Shown: piece by piece, positions 12,301 to 25,719 of the stretch
Numbering within the stretch: the first letter of the stretch is position 1
Layout of the letters: each line of letters opens with the position of its first letter
Source of the DNA: Marsupella aquatica
Lineage: Eukaryota; Plantae; Marchantiophyta
Direction: 5' to 3'
Assembly: GCA_973895155.1 (NCBI GenBank)
Contig: OZ316892.1
Coordinates: 14,500,861-14,564,860, forward strand
DNA length: 64,000 nt
Program-made: the position numbers and the translations under genes
Notes under the pieces: model-generated
Database searches by the model: none
What the model was told of the DNA's origin: nothing
Seen by the model: only the letters and a program-made list of their open reading frames with translations

Positions 12301-14597
12301 TTGCGCTCCGGCAATGATGAAATCCAGGTGGCCGGGAGCATGTTTTTGACACTGAAACCGAAGGTTCTGAAGGTTGTGGGCTTGTTGTTACGGATGCTCA
12401 CCTCTCCCTTTGGGACCGTGCTTTTGTTCGGAAAGGAGTGCCTGAGTTGGCGGTACCCTTTCATTCAGCGCTTTGTTGACTTATCTCTGGAGCAGCGCGA
12501 GAAGGCTCTGCAAAGTTGGATGAACAGTTCGCTTACTATCTTTTGCACATTTTTCAAGGTGTTCAAAGCCTTCGTCTTCTTCAACTTCTACGGAAAGGTG
12601 AGCACATGACAAAGTTTACGCAACATGTTCAGCTTCTCGGATTTTTCTTGTTCTTTTTCTTACTCAACATTTCCACCCCGATTGCCCTTATTTTTGAAGT
12701 GACCTGAGTTTGTGTCGCTCAGTTACCAGCATTTGCTGTGTATGTCTTCGTTGGGGCATTGATAGATGCCCTTTGTCTGCAGGCGGACGAGAATGGACGC
12801 AATCCTGCTTGGAGCGCCATAGGCTATTGTGGTCCAGATCCAAAGGCCCTAAAACTGGAGTCTTTTGCACCGAAGCCTCTGGAAGGCAAAGTGCTAGACC
12901 CCGTAGGGAATTCGAAAGAGAATGTGATTGCGTTCCTTCGTGATGGAGGATTCACTCTCCTGGATGACATCTCTCATCTTGACAACACGTCACATGTTCA
13001 TGGCAAAGAAAAAGCTGGGACTCAGCAGCCACAGAGTAGACAGAGAATTGGTGTCAAATGTGACGTGGTCGTGGTGGGTTCAGGATCCGGAGGAGGTGTG
13101 ATAGCTGGTGCTCTTGCAACAGCTGGTCACAAAGTGCTCATTCTGGAGAAGGGTGGGTATTTTGCCAGAGGGGACCTGAGCTTACTCGAAGTACCCACGA
13201 TGCAGACTATGTACGAGGGGGCAGGATTAGTCGCGACAGATGATGCGAATGTGAACCTTCTGGCCGGATCAACAGTGGGGGGAGGATCAGCCATCAATTG
13301 GGGTGCTTCATTGCAAACACCGGATCACGTTAGGCAGGAATGGGCCAAAGACCTTGGGCTATCTTTTTTTGCCACACAGAAGTATCAGGATGCCATGGAC
13401 AAGGTGTGTGCAAGGGGCTCCGTGCGATCCAACTGTGAGCACGAGAGCTTCCAGAACGCTGTCCTCACGCAGGGCTGCAAGAGACTTGGGTATGACATTG
13501 GCAGCATCCCACGCAACGGTCAAACTGAACACTTGTGTGGTTGGTGCCACCTCGGATGCAAGACAGGGGAGAAGCAGGCAACGTCAGAGACATGGCTGGT
13601 GGATGCAGTCGAGTCTGGAGCGTTGATTCTCTCCAATTGTATGGTGCAAAAGGTTCTGCACAAAGAGGACTTTCTCTCCAAGAAGGGCAGGAAGGCGGTA
13701 GGAGTTGTTGCAACCTGTGGAGAAGACGTCAGTCTGTATGTGGAGGCAAGAGTTACAGTGGTGTGTGGTGGGTCACTCAACACTCCACCACTACTGTTGA
13801 GAAGTGGTCTGAGCAATCCCAACATCGGCAGGCATTTGCATTTGCATCCCGTGGTAATGGGATGGGGATATTTTCCAGAAGGGAAAGGTCCTGCAGGCAG
13901 CTCATATGAGGGAGCAATTATGACATCCGTGTCCAAAGAGGCAGCCAATTGGAACTCTGGTGGCTACGGAGCGCTGCTGGAAGTTCCCATCATGCACAGT
14001 GGCTCGGCTGCTGCTCTAATACCTTGGCGGTCGGCCTCTGATCACAAAGGGAGGATGAGGAAGTACTCGCGCACCTCTTTCTTCATCGTGCTCACACGGG
14101 ACCAGGGGAGTGGAAGAGTAGGTGTAAATTCGAAGGACGAAAGAGTGATCACGTACTGTATTGCCCCTGAAGATCAGGACAACATCTTGCAAGCCCTGGA
14201 GAAGGGACTTCGGGCTCTGATTGCCGCGGGGGCTGAGGAGGTTGGCGATGCGCACTGTGCTGGTGATAGCTTCAACGTCAGACAGTCCTCAAAAACCTTG
14301 GAGGAAGACTTTCGGAAGTATCTCGATCGTCTGAAGAACAGGGGACTCGAAGGGATCAAAACTCCGGTCTGCTCGGCTCACCAGATGGGCAGTTGTCGGA
14401 TGGGTGTCAACAGCCAACAATCCGTCGTGGATGCGAATGCTGAGACATGGGAGGTTGAGGATCTATTCCTTGGAGATGCCAGTGTTTTCCCCACAGCATC
14501 GGGTGTGAATCCGATGATCACAGTGCAAGCAATCGCATTCTGCACTGCACAAAACATAATGCTCAAGCTCCAGGACAGAAAATCCAAGCAGGCGTGA
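9332..14597 (+). CDS. FAO: Long-chain fatty alcohol oxidase (GMC oxidoreductase family), 3 exons
   Basis: Exons about 9332-9616, 12328-12597, 12783-14597 (phase-0 GT-AG; first donor could be 9611 or 9617). Motifs: HPRLRGG and ALDAICETFVPS N-terminus, FAD-binding CDVVVVGSGSGGG, LLAGSTVGGGSAINW, CGWCH, NIGRHLHLHP, catalytic SAHQMGSCRMG and ASGVNPMIT. Confidence 0.95.
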
Positions 14598-15765
14598 GAC
14601 ACGACTCCTGGTTGTGATAATATCGAAATATCGTTCTCTTTTCTAAGATGAGAAGCAAGCGGCACATTGCCACTGATGTTGAAAAACAATCAACTCTGTC
14701 TGAGGTCTGCAGGTCTGCTCGCCATCGAAGCCCCCCATAGTGGACCAGCAAGCTGCTGTTGTACATACAACGTTTGATGAAATACGACTTGGAGCAACCA
14801 GAAGATTTTGAGAAGTAATTGCGAAGTGTACTTCACAAGACTGAGGTCATAAAATTCATTTTTGTTTCGGCAGGGCCGCGTGAAAAGAGGGCCGTCGTCT
14901 GTAAAATTTGATGTAGAAGTAAACTAAAACCAAATCTTCAATCACAACCGCATCAGAAATCATCAGAACATATCCATAAACAAAGGCGGCCTCACTTACA
15001 CTCCCGCTACTTAGATTACTGATTTTGATTTTCTTTCTGGATGATGCTCCAATATTCTTCGTATGATAAACATTTTCGGCTGACAGCCCTCATCTTTTGT
15101 TTATAGCTTCCGTTGAAGGAATTGCATTCTCGGTTGACAGTTCTCAGCGCTTGTTTATGGCTTCTGTTGATTAAAATGCATCTGGGGTTGCCAGTCCTCG
15201 CCACGAAGCACTCATTCCTTATGCAATTCAAAGAATGCTCTGAAATAAGTTATCTTTTTAAGCTCAGTTGGGACAGTTAGTCCAGAGAGATCGCCCGTCT
15301 CTCAATGTGCGAGTTCTAATCTACTATCCACGAAATTGAAGCACGATTTCGAAAAGAAACAACGATGACTGAAGTCTATTGAAATGAAGCAAAGGGTCGA
15401 TTGATAAACACAAATGTACAGGTCATAAGAAGATCGTAGCTATAGCGAGATATGGTAATTCGCGAAACAAATTCAGCCGAAAAAGGAATAACGCTCGAAG
15501 AAAGAATCACCTGTGGGAATTTGAGCATTCAACTCAGTGCTTTGCAACCTAGGCTCCCTTCCTTCCTTCTGTGACTCCTGTCCGGAGTGCCAACCGAATT
15601 TGGGAACAACAGCTAAAGGAGGTTCCATTCCCAGATTCGTTTTAGCCCTTAGCCCCTGCCCCAGCGTACTCCAATGTGCCGTACAATATATAGTGTACTT
15701 GCCCTCCCTTGGTACTGTCATGACATGAGTGCACTCCATGAAAATTCATATATTCGGCAAAATTG

Positions 15766-15833
15766 AATATATATTTGAATTAAATAACAACAAGATGATA
15801 ACAACTAGATGAGGGCCAAAACTACTAGCCCAA
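15766..15833. repeat. 68-bp perfect direct repeat, second copy at 20132-20199
   Basis: aatatatatttgaattaaataacaacaagatgataacaactagatgagggccaaaactactagcccaa is identical at both sites. Confidence 0.92.
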
Positions 15834-16293
15834 TAGTGTGTGGGTCTAGTTGTGAATTGTTTTGTAACATCATTGAGCTTTTCATTTCCGACCACTTTTC
15901 TCTCAATTGGACTCTACCAAAAGGAAAGTTGTTTGATGTGATAAGGGTAGGTGGGGGCTCGGGGGCCTCAATCCAATGGGTGTCCCATATCACGCTCGAA
16001 GTTTTGGGGGAATAAACACCCTAAAAATTAAGTCAATAGAGTTTTTTTTATGAATTTTTTACCCCTAACTTAATGGAATATTCCAAGAATATTTCATATT
16101 TGATTTAAAAAAACCCTATGATTCTTATAATTCTCAAAATTTGATTAAAATAACTCTAATGTTCTTCAACAAAAATTTAAAAGTATTTCACTAAACCCAA
16201 TAAAAAAACCCTATACTTATTCGCGCGTGATGGGTCAGAGAAAAGAAGTGAGGACCCCGGGGGTGGGGGAGGGAGAATTAGGATGTAGGGTTC

Positions 16294-16638
16294 TATTAGG
16301 ATTTACTCTTAGGTCTAGAGTTACAACTGTATCGTAGTTAAGGCTAACTTTAGTCGCAGACTTGGTTAGGTTAGTCATACTATGCACACTCTATAACCAA
16401 GCGGTGTTTGCTTGGAGAGTGGGAACTCTGGCTCATTGTTATGGAGCCACTTGAGAGATGAGGAGAGCTTACACTGTAAAGACTTGATATGGGCGACGGG
16501 CTTAGAGTTCAGTAAAGCTCTCTTGTGTGTTCCCGTGGACGTAGCCTCGAGGAGGTGAACCACGTATCTCTTGTGTCGACTACTTGCGCGTTGGATGTGT
16601 CATGTGCTTACCATTGCAATTGTCGTCTATGCTCAACA
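16294..16638 (+). mobile_element. Solo LTR, Ty1/copia-like, copy 2
   Basis: 345 bp; starts TATT (TG mutated to TA), ends AACA; perfect TSD GGTTC; homologous to 4896-5240. Confidence 0.92.
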
Positions 16639-17209
16639 GGTTCTTTTACAAGTGCCCCATCCATAACAACATAAATTGTTGAGAGTAGCAAGGGTTAACA
16701 ACTTGTTGATACTTAACTCAAGCAAGTGGTTAAATAGGTTAACTCTCCTAACACAATGTACTTTACCATGAATTAGTGCTGCTAAGGTTAGACTAGTGGA
16801 GAGGGCCTATACCTTGGAGGAACACTTCATTGTGCCCACACTAGATATCAATGGTGAAGAGTTGGAGAGTGGAGAGAGAGAAGAGTATAGTGTTATGGAG
16901 CTCAGCATGTGATTTGTCAAGCTATGGCCAATGTATGGTGTTAATATATTTAGTCAATTTTTCCTTTTGGTCAAGGACGCACCCTACACAGGGTGAACCA
17001 AACTTCTTTAAGTCAAGAATGATAGATTGTGCGTTGTACCCTGGTTCCTCAACTCATGTATCTCAACACAACTAGCAATAAGGATGTCCATTCATATGCG
17101 AAAAGACATTCATTTCACAACCCTTCCCCTATCATGGAAAGAGTTATGAGGTTTAATTTATTTCTAGTTCTTCCATGCCACATTGATTTGTAGATTGATT
17201 GATAAAAAT

Positions 17210-18130
17210 GTGGGCTATCTTTGCCTATTTTTTATTCTTGACCCCATGCTCCATTGGTACTAAGATTTTGCCACAGTATATGGTCACCATGTCTATTCTA
17301 TGAGCTCTAAAACTTTCAACTTTTAAATCAAGTACAAATGAAAGTAAAAGATGCTGGACCCTGCTCTAAGTTTTGAATTCAGCATATATAACATCAGAAA
17401 ATGTCAATTTGGCTTAGGTAAGGTCGGTTGGGGTCAGATCTGCTTAGGTCAGGTCAACTTAAGGTCACCTTAGGTAAAGCAGCTTAAGTGAAAATCATCT
17501 TAGGTAAATCACCCTAAGAAGAGAGTTGTGTATAGTGTGGCAAACTGATCATTGGCTATCTTTGTCTCCCGCTTTGTCTATTTTATATATCTTTGAATGT
17601 ACATTCTTGATGTCTCGACTTCAAGTTCCAATGGTACTCAGCTTTTACCAGAGTATACGGCTATGTCTATACTATTAGATAGTAAACTCACACCTTTTTT
17701 ATTTGAAAATTAGATAGAAAATGCATAACGTTGGTAAGAATTTTGAAGTTAGCTTAGATAGATTAGGTTGGCAAAGGTCAACTTGGCTTAGACAAGTTTT
17801 TTCTGGTCAGATTGGCTCAGTTGAGGTCAGCTCAGGTCTAATCTGCCTTCAGGTGTCAACTTGGCTTAAGGTTGGCTTAGGTAAATTTGCTTAGAAGGCA
17901 TTTGTGTCACAATATGTGTGTTCTGTGGAAAACTAATCATTGACTAGCTTTGCTTTTGCCTTATTCTTAACTTTTACCTTCATTGGTACTTACTAAGATT
18001 TTATTAAAACAGACCACCATGTCTATTCTGTAAGTGATAAACTTGGAGTTATTTCTATCCATTGCAATAGAAATTAATTTAAAAAGCACAAAAATGATCT
18101 AAATGATGAAGTTGGCTTAGTCAGCTTCAG
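17210..18130. repeat. Old degenerate tandem repeat, about 3 x 340-390 bp
   Basis: Motif series ggctatctttg...ccattggtact...atgtctattct...ggcttag recurs from about 17210, 17552 and 17940. Confidence 0.65.
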
Positions 18131-18686
18131 TGCACAAGCAAGTTTTGCTTGATTGGTGGGGAATCACACTCGTGCAATCCACTTAGAGTCCTCCTAAGAA
18201 AAGTTGTGAAGAGTTGCACACAAGGACATCCAACAAGTTGTAACTTAAAGCCAACTAACACATCATTTGAATTTTTTCATACCCTCATCCCTCAAGAAGC
18301 CCAAGAAGGAGTCTGTCCCAAACATGTAACACTATTACAAATACTGTAGATAAGTCCAACCTGATTTGAAGGTTCTCATGTGCCCTTGTTGTGTAGTGCA
18401 TCCTTAGATCAACTACAGGCTTTAGGGGCACCAAAAAGAATGGAATTGGATACTTTGTCACTATTTTATGTTAAGTCATTATAATCCCACTATTTGCACT
18501 TTTGATTATCCAAAGTAACTCTGGCTAGTTGGAATGATCCAATGGTGGAACCATTGAGTGTTGCAAGGACTTGAGGGTAAAATATTAGTTGAGGTTTAGT
18601 TTTGGTAATGTTATATAATTCCTATCAGCCATTAAGGGCTCTACAGGACATATTTGAAGTTTTGGGTGATTGGTTGTAATGCAAAA

Positions 18687-19606
18687 CTAGTTCAATACCT
18701 GTGCATTACACGGGAGATATTGTTATGCAAATTGAAGATGTTCTAGTGTAAAAGATGTCATTACCCAAAAGATGTCATTACATAAAAGATGATATTGCAA
18801 TAAAAGATGTCCTTGTGCAAAAGATGTACAAAATATATCATTGCAGAAAGTATGCTGTTATGCAACGGATGTTACATTGGAATAAAAGATATAGGTATGT
18901 AAAAGAATGTGTTGCATAAAAATTAGCATTGCGTTCCCCTTTTCTCATCCATTGAGATTTGAAGGCCGTGTCTTCCCATCCATGTGCCTCCCACTTTCTC
19001 CTTGATCATCGCCCCTCTTTTTTTCCAGTCTCTTTGACCCCTTCCATGTTTTCCTTCACACTCTTTTGTTGGCATGAAAAAAGTCAAAATTTGGAAAACA
19101 ACCATGATAGTGCAAAAGTCTCATCATTTTGGTTGGGTTGTTAGTGTTGTAAAATTGTTATCAGTTTGATCATTGTTGTTGTTGTCCGCGGTCCTCACTT
19201 ATTTTCTTCCGACCCATAATGCATGAATAAGTAAAAGGTTTTTTATTGGATTTTGTAAAAGACTAATAAATTTTTGTGGATGAACACTAGGGCTGTTTTA
19301 ATCAATTTCTGAATAAGAAGATTCTGAAAAGTCAAAATAATTAGTGGTTAAAAAATCAGTGATTAAAAATTTTACTTATGTTTAATGTATTATTGCCCCA
19401 AAATTGTGTGTGTGATATGAGACCCCCTGGGCGTAAGGCCCTCAAGATTATTGTTGTGAAAGTGTTGCTATTGGGGAGAGAAAAGGTTTGTGCATGGGCA
19501 CGTGCGGCGGGTGTCCATGTATGGTCACGCAATATGAGGGAGTGTTTTATTTATTTATTTTATTTGTAGGTGACTGTTAATATGTATATTTAAATAATAG
19601 TCTAGA
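18687..19606 (-). mobile_element. Putative non-autonomous Helitron (about 920 bp)
   Basis: Minus strand begins A|TCTAGACTATTATTTAAA at 19606 (alternative TC at 19614) and ends CCCGTGTAATGCACAGG hairpin (18714-18698), 7 nt, CTAG|T at 18687; AT target with no TSD, as expected for Helitrons; no Rep/helicase ORF. Confidence 0.65.
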
Positions 19607-21423
19607 TATTCAGATAATTTTCGTTTTGGGCAGATCCGAGCAGGCATTCTGATAGACATTTGAGGTGTGAGGAGAGTCTAGGTGGATCTGATGGTACCTA
19701 AAAAATCCATTTTTGATAAAGGGCTAGGATTGACTTTTTTTTCCTTATTTTGTACCCTCATTCCATTATGACATGGTTAAGAAAAATGAGGAACATGCAT
19801 CTATTTTTTGGTATGACATGATCTAATATTCTAATACAATCTGACACGGGTTCTCATTTTTGTCCCACATGATTCTGCATACAAGTTCCCCACATGCAAG
19901 GAATACATAAATGTTCCCACAAACAAGAAATCCAGATGCTCCAATTAGAAACATCCAATGTCAGAGAATCAAGTATTCACTTTTGTCCCACATGAGTGTT
20001 CACACAAGTGCTCACACATGAAAAGAATCTAGATGGTTCAATTAGACAGATCCAATGGTTTAGAATTTATGGGATGATGTGGATTTTTCACAGAATTTTC
20101 ACAATTACAAGAGTCTCTAACTAGACCAGTAAATATATATTTGAATTAAATAACAACAAGATGATAACAACTAGATGAGGGCCAAAACTACTAGCCCAAA
20201 GTGGAGCTGGTGGTCAGACAGTTCAGCTATGCACAAATCAGGAGGCCATCATAGATGAGGCTACCACCACATGTAACATTTGTTTTTACATAATATCATC
20301 TTTTGTGCAATCAAATCTTTTACATAATGATATCTTTTGCCTGATATCTTTTACACAACCACATCTTTTGCAAAATGAATTAATTTTTTTACCATGATAC
20401 CTTTTACAAACTTCATCTGTTGGACAAAAAAGCTTTGGTGTAAGGCACAAGTATTTAGCTATCAAAAACTGTTATAATATGTTCCTAGGGTTTGTTTTGG
20501 TAGTAGTCATTTAAATCACACCTGCCCCTATAAAGGGCTATGGGTAGCCTGTAGCTCTCATTCTAAAGAATACAAGTTCAGAAATGGGCTTTGAGTTCCA
20601 CAAAAGGTGCTGACTGCAAAATATTTTTTTGGCAAATATTCTACAAAAAGTGCTAGTGTTACACCTTTTATGGTGAGCAGTGAGACATGGAATGAGGTTT
20701 TTATACGGACAGGTGTGGTTTAATTTGCAGCCATAACATTTTCAATGTCAAAAACAGAACAAAAAAAAAGCAATACAGCCCAAAAGAAATAGTAAAGACA
20801 GGGCACAAGTGTTGATGGCAAGTTGCCAAGCAAGAGGCACACCTCGCAATGAGGTGGGGGGGTGTTAAGGTTGAAAAGGAAAAGTAGGGAAAATGAGAAT
20901 GATCGTTTTAGCAAACAAAATCTTGTACTTAACTATATATTTTGCCCCATCATACTTTTCCCAAGGACATCTTTAGTGCAACGTGATCTATTATGCAGCG
21001 ACATCTTTGCATAACCATCATCTTTCACGCAATAAGATCTTTCATGCAATGACATCTTCTATACAACGCGCGCGGGGACTGAATGGCAGGGATTGAATGA
21101 CATGTTGTAAAGAACATCTTTTTGCCTCGAAAAAACTCAATGAAATCCATTCAAAAAGCCAGAATACAGAAAGGGGGCCAAAAAGCAACCACCCGGAAGG
21201 ACCAGAGGTCAAGGTGCCGGGGCCGGTGAAGCCGGAACCGAGTAAGAAGCCACGCCTCAAAAAGGGCAGCCAAACTAGAAATTTGGAAACTACTACAGGA
21301 GCAGCACACCCCCAAAGACCGGCCAGTGAACAGGGACCGGCAAGGTACTGAACAGCGGGTCCGTGAAAGAAAAACAATCAGTCTACCAGTAGTGTAGCTT
21401 CAAAACCCGAAGGATCCGTTGAA

Positions 21424-24400
21424 TCATGGAGGACGTGGAGGAACAGGTTGAACCTGAAGTGTGTCTTCATGAATCTGCCATAAGCCATCCCACGCACCAA
21501 TTTCCCGGGCCAGGTCCCGTCGTGCATCAGCGAAGGTGGTCTTCCCTGACCAAATCCTGGCCCTATGTCTGGCCCAGTCACGTTTGAGGTAAATGCCAAG
21601 GCGTTGCCAGGCCTTCCTGATGACTCCGTGAGGATTTGGTCGTGTATGCTCAATAAAGTGTGTGCATCGGTCCTTCCAGATATTCCAGCAAATAATAGCC
21701 CTGAGAAGATGCCAGAGCTTTGCTGGAATGTCCCACGTTTTTGGAAGTTCAGCCCCGACAAAAATGTGGATTGGTAGGAGGAGGATCAGTCCTGCTCCGT
21801 GAGAGAACGCGCATTGTTGAAGAATGACTTGCACCCAGGTCCATATCCCCTGAGACACAGCACACTCCCAAATGCAATGAACGATGTCTTCGTGTTGGCT
21901 CAAACCACATCTAGTGCACCATGTACTAGGATCAGTGGGTGGGAGACGAGGAAACCTCCAGTGCTGTGTCGCCGGGATGCGGTAAAGCAGTTGCCACAGG
22001 TAACAGCTTTCCTGAGCAGCACGAAAGGGGAGCCAGGTGCGTGTCCATAGTGTTCCAGGGTCAGGGGTCCAGTTCAGTCGAAGTGCCCATTTGTGCAAGG
22101 CCTTGTGGAGGATTCTGGGGGATCTCCCCTGGATTACCCGTAAATGAGCAGTGGACGTATCCAGGAAAGGAAGGCCATCCTTCCACTCGTGCTGGAGCAA
22201 GGGTGCCAAAAGGCCGATGGGCCTCCCGATGCGAAGCATGAGGGCTGCAGCAGCACTCGACTTCTTAACCAAAACCCTGTGCAGGAGTGCCTCCGGTGGT
22301 GGTGCAAAAGTGGCCATCTTGTGTAGACAGTTGTTGATGACTTGGAAGGTCCGTTTTGGTGCTGAGGTAGCCTGGGCGAATTGCCATTGGGTCGTAATGA
22401 GTTGCCTCATGGTAGAGAACTCCCAGATGTACAGGTTGCCATTCGGAAGCCATGCTTCCATGAAAATTGGGAGTACTCCGCTAGGCTCATGGTGCAGTTC
22501 CGGAACACTCTTGAGATTGGCTATCATCTTCTGGTAAGCGCAAGCACAATTCCGGGGTAAAAGTGCACTAGGCCCGTCCTCCCACCTCAGGAAGTGCCCC
22601 TGTGCATCCAGGACATCCTGCATCAAATGAAAACCTGCCCTCCTGATTTTACGTTGTGGATTGCTGTGGCACTTCGCCCCACTGGAGTTGATATGGTTGA
22701 GATGAGGTCGCCAGAGAGGGAGGTGCCTCCACCCTTCTAAGTGTCCCGGAGGTGTGGGCCTCAAATGTTTCTTGACAACATTCCATGCAGTGCAGACATT
22801 GATCCAGACCTGTGAGCCATCCCGAGGGAGAGTATGGCAGTGAGAGAATGCCCACGTAAAGTCGTCAGCTCCCCATTTTTGCAAAGAGAGTTTCCTAATC
22901 TCAAATTGAAGGAGTCATCGCAGGGGGTGATCTCCTTCCGCCAAAGCCCAAATTATGAAACTCCCAGCCAAAGCTCAGAATTGTGCCACCAAGGAGATCA
23001 ATCCGAGTCCCCCGTGACTCTTAGGCTTGGTGATAGTAGCAAAATCAACCCTGGCCCGAGCCTTAGTGTTCTGCCCCGCCCACACAAAGGCGGTAATCTT
23101 CTTTTGCAAGTTGTCTAGCGTGCTAAGCTGCCCCGCCCATATGGTAAGAGAGAACCACAGAGTGCTCAGAACCAAGTGATTGGCCACAGTGACCCGGGCG
23201 ATCAGCGAGCCAGAGGTCTTACGGACTTGATCCAATCTTGACTCCAGCTTTTCAGATAGATAATGGACCATTTGATGTTCCAAAATGTGTTGCGCGATAG
23301 GAATCCCAAGGAGCTTAGTGGCACTGTGTTCATCTTCCCACCTCCAGGGTAGCCGCCTGAATTCAATTGGGATCCTCCGTGGAGAAATGTATGCGGCCTT
23401 GGTTTTTTCCCAGGCGCAGAAAAGGCCGGAAGCCTTGCCGAAGAGGTCTAGAACCAGCTTGCTTCTATCGAGAAATTGCGTCACGGCCCGAATCAGTAGG
23501 GCTAAGTCGTCAGCAAACAAATTATGAACATTGTGTACCCCCAGGTGTGGGATGTCGACCCCCTGAATGGAGCCCCTGTTGACTTCTCTGCTTAAGATGT
23601 TGCTAAGGGAGTCGATCGCAATAAGAAAAAGTAGAGGAGACAATGGACACCCCTGTCTCACCGAGCGGGCAAGGTTAAAAGGTGAGGCCATCTTCCCATT
23701 AAGAAGCACTGCCGAAGATGCAGAGGCATGGGTGGCACTCAGAAATCGTGTGAGCAGGCCGTTGAACCCCGTCTTCTCCAAGATTGACAGCAGGAAATGC
23801 CATTCAAGCTTGTCGAAGGCCTTGATGATGTCTAGCTTCAGTAGTATGTAATCCAAACCAGATGTCTTAGCATGGTGCAGCGTTTCGTTTAGAAGCATAA
23901 GAGAATGGTGGATGTTGCGCCCCGGGAGGAAGGCAAATTGCTGAGGCGAGATGAAACGCTGTAAAATCGGAATAAGCCGCATCTGGAAAGCTTTAGCTCC
24001 GATCTTATGGGCTACATTCAACAACGTAATGGGGCGCTTATTGGTGAGGGATCTTTGGTCGTCTTTCTTTGGGAGGAGGACAATGAGGCCCCGGGTGATC
24101 TCGGGAGAGAAGTCCTCCTCAGCCAGGCCAAGCAAAAGTGCTCTGTGAAGCGATGGGCCCACCGTGTGCCAATTTGCCACGAAGAATTCGACGGGGACCC
24201 CGTCTGGGCCAGGGCATCTATTGAATGCCAGCGCAGCTGCTACTTTCCCAAGTTCTTCCACCGTGAGGGGTGCATTGAGCAGATTCTGATCCTCCAACGT
24301 GATGCGCCTAGATTGTAACTCGAGGACCTGAGACACTTGTTCCCAGTTGAATCCAGCTGAATGACCGAGGATGCCCTGGAAGAAGTTGGTAGCAGTGGCA

Positions 24401-25719
24401 GCCAGATCATCCCACCCACTGACGATTTGTTCCTCGGGGGTAAATAGATGGGTGATCTCCTTATTCATGGCCAGCCCCCGAAAGCTCCTAAAGAAGAGTT
24501 TGGAGCATTTATCACCCTCGCCTATCCACCTAGATTGAAGGATAAAGTCCATCCATCGAACTTGTTCTTCTTCAAATTCATGGAGCAGGGTCTCCGCATC
24601 CTTGAGGGACCCCTGATACACTGAATCCATTGGGTCTCTCTCCAATTGAAATTGAGCAAGGGCCAAGTTGTGACGGAGCAAAGTTTCCTTCTGCCTTCTC
24701 TCAATAGCTTTTCTCTTACCCCAGCAACGATCTATCTTCCGGGCCTTTTTAAGACACCGAATGAGAATGTCATCCGCCTTCATGCCCCTGGCAGTACAAA
24801 TTTCCTCCTCCTGCTCCCACATTAGTGAGATACGGTCCTGAAAGGCACAAATTCGTTGGTGACCGGCATTCATTCGATGCAGAGATGGTCTCTTGATGAG
24901 TCCCGTGGGTGTGAGCTGGGCAATTATCGGGGCATGATCTGATAATGTGATGCCGGGTAAGATGGTGGATGAAACATCAAATTTCTCCCTAAAAGCTCCC
25001 CTGGAGATATAAATGCGATCGAGCCTTCTCAGAACCCGATCGCAACCAGCTTGTACATCTTGCATGCCTGGGACATGTCGAAAGCTTCTCTTATTATCCC
25101 AACTGAATCTCAGGTGCCCTGGATGCTCCTGGAAAGTGTCAACCAGGTGTAAGCGTCGCTTAAGGTGACGCCAGGCCCGTCCTTCGCTGCCTACAATAGA
25201 ATTGCCAACGCCCCCCCTGTGGTCCGATTCATGTTCAATCATGTTGAAATCCCCTAATAGAATCCAGGTGAAGGAGGGATCCAAACGATTGAAAAGCGCC
25301 CTCCAAAGGTCCGTCCGTGCTCGGGCAGAGTTGGGAGCGTAAACCCCCAGAAACTCCACCTTACCCCATCCTGCATGAATCATGCAGCACCATGCAGCCC
25401 GACCACCCTCCAAGACACCTTCAGAAATAACGTATTGATAAACATCATTCTTTATGGCCAATGCCATGCCCCCCGAACCTGCCTCCACCCTGTTGTTGCG
25501 GACAGAATGTGCTCCATCCGCAGCCGGGGCACAAACCCAATGTGTTGTCCTCCAGACTTCACTCAATTTGAAGATTCGGCCAGCACGGAGTTTGTGCTCC
25601 TGAATGCACAGAATGTCAGGGGAACGTTGCAGCCCCTCCAGGATGAAGCGGGCTCGTAGGCGTCTTGTGCGTGATGCCAAACCTCGCAGGTTGTAGGTCA
25701 GAATGGTGAGATTGGGCAT
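21424..25719 (-). pseudogene. LINE ORF2: APE endonuclease + reverse transcriptase + C-terminal zinc-binding (zf-RVT-like) region, with two in-frame TGA stops
   Basis: Starts MPNLTILTYNLRGL; EN motifs CIQEHK, LLGDFNM, RLDRIY, SDHAPI; RT motifs CPGPDG, RPITLLN, KLDIIKAFDK, VRQGCPLSP, LFADD; CTRC...EDIVHCIWEC. ORFs 22975-25851 and 21424-22884 are in the same frame, separated by TGA at 22975-22977 and 22915-22917. Confidence 0.95.

Noticed and set aside
9617-12327. Short ORFs in the 2.7-kb first intron of FAO
   Set aside because: No recognisable motifs or splice partners; consistent with chance ORFs.
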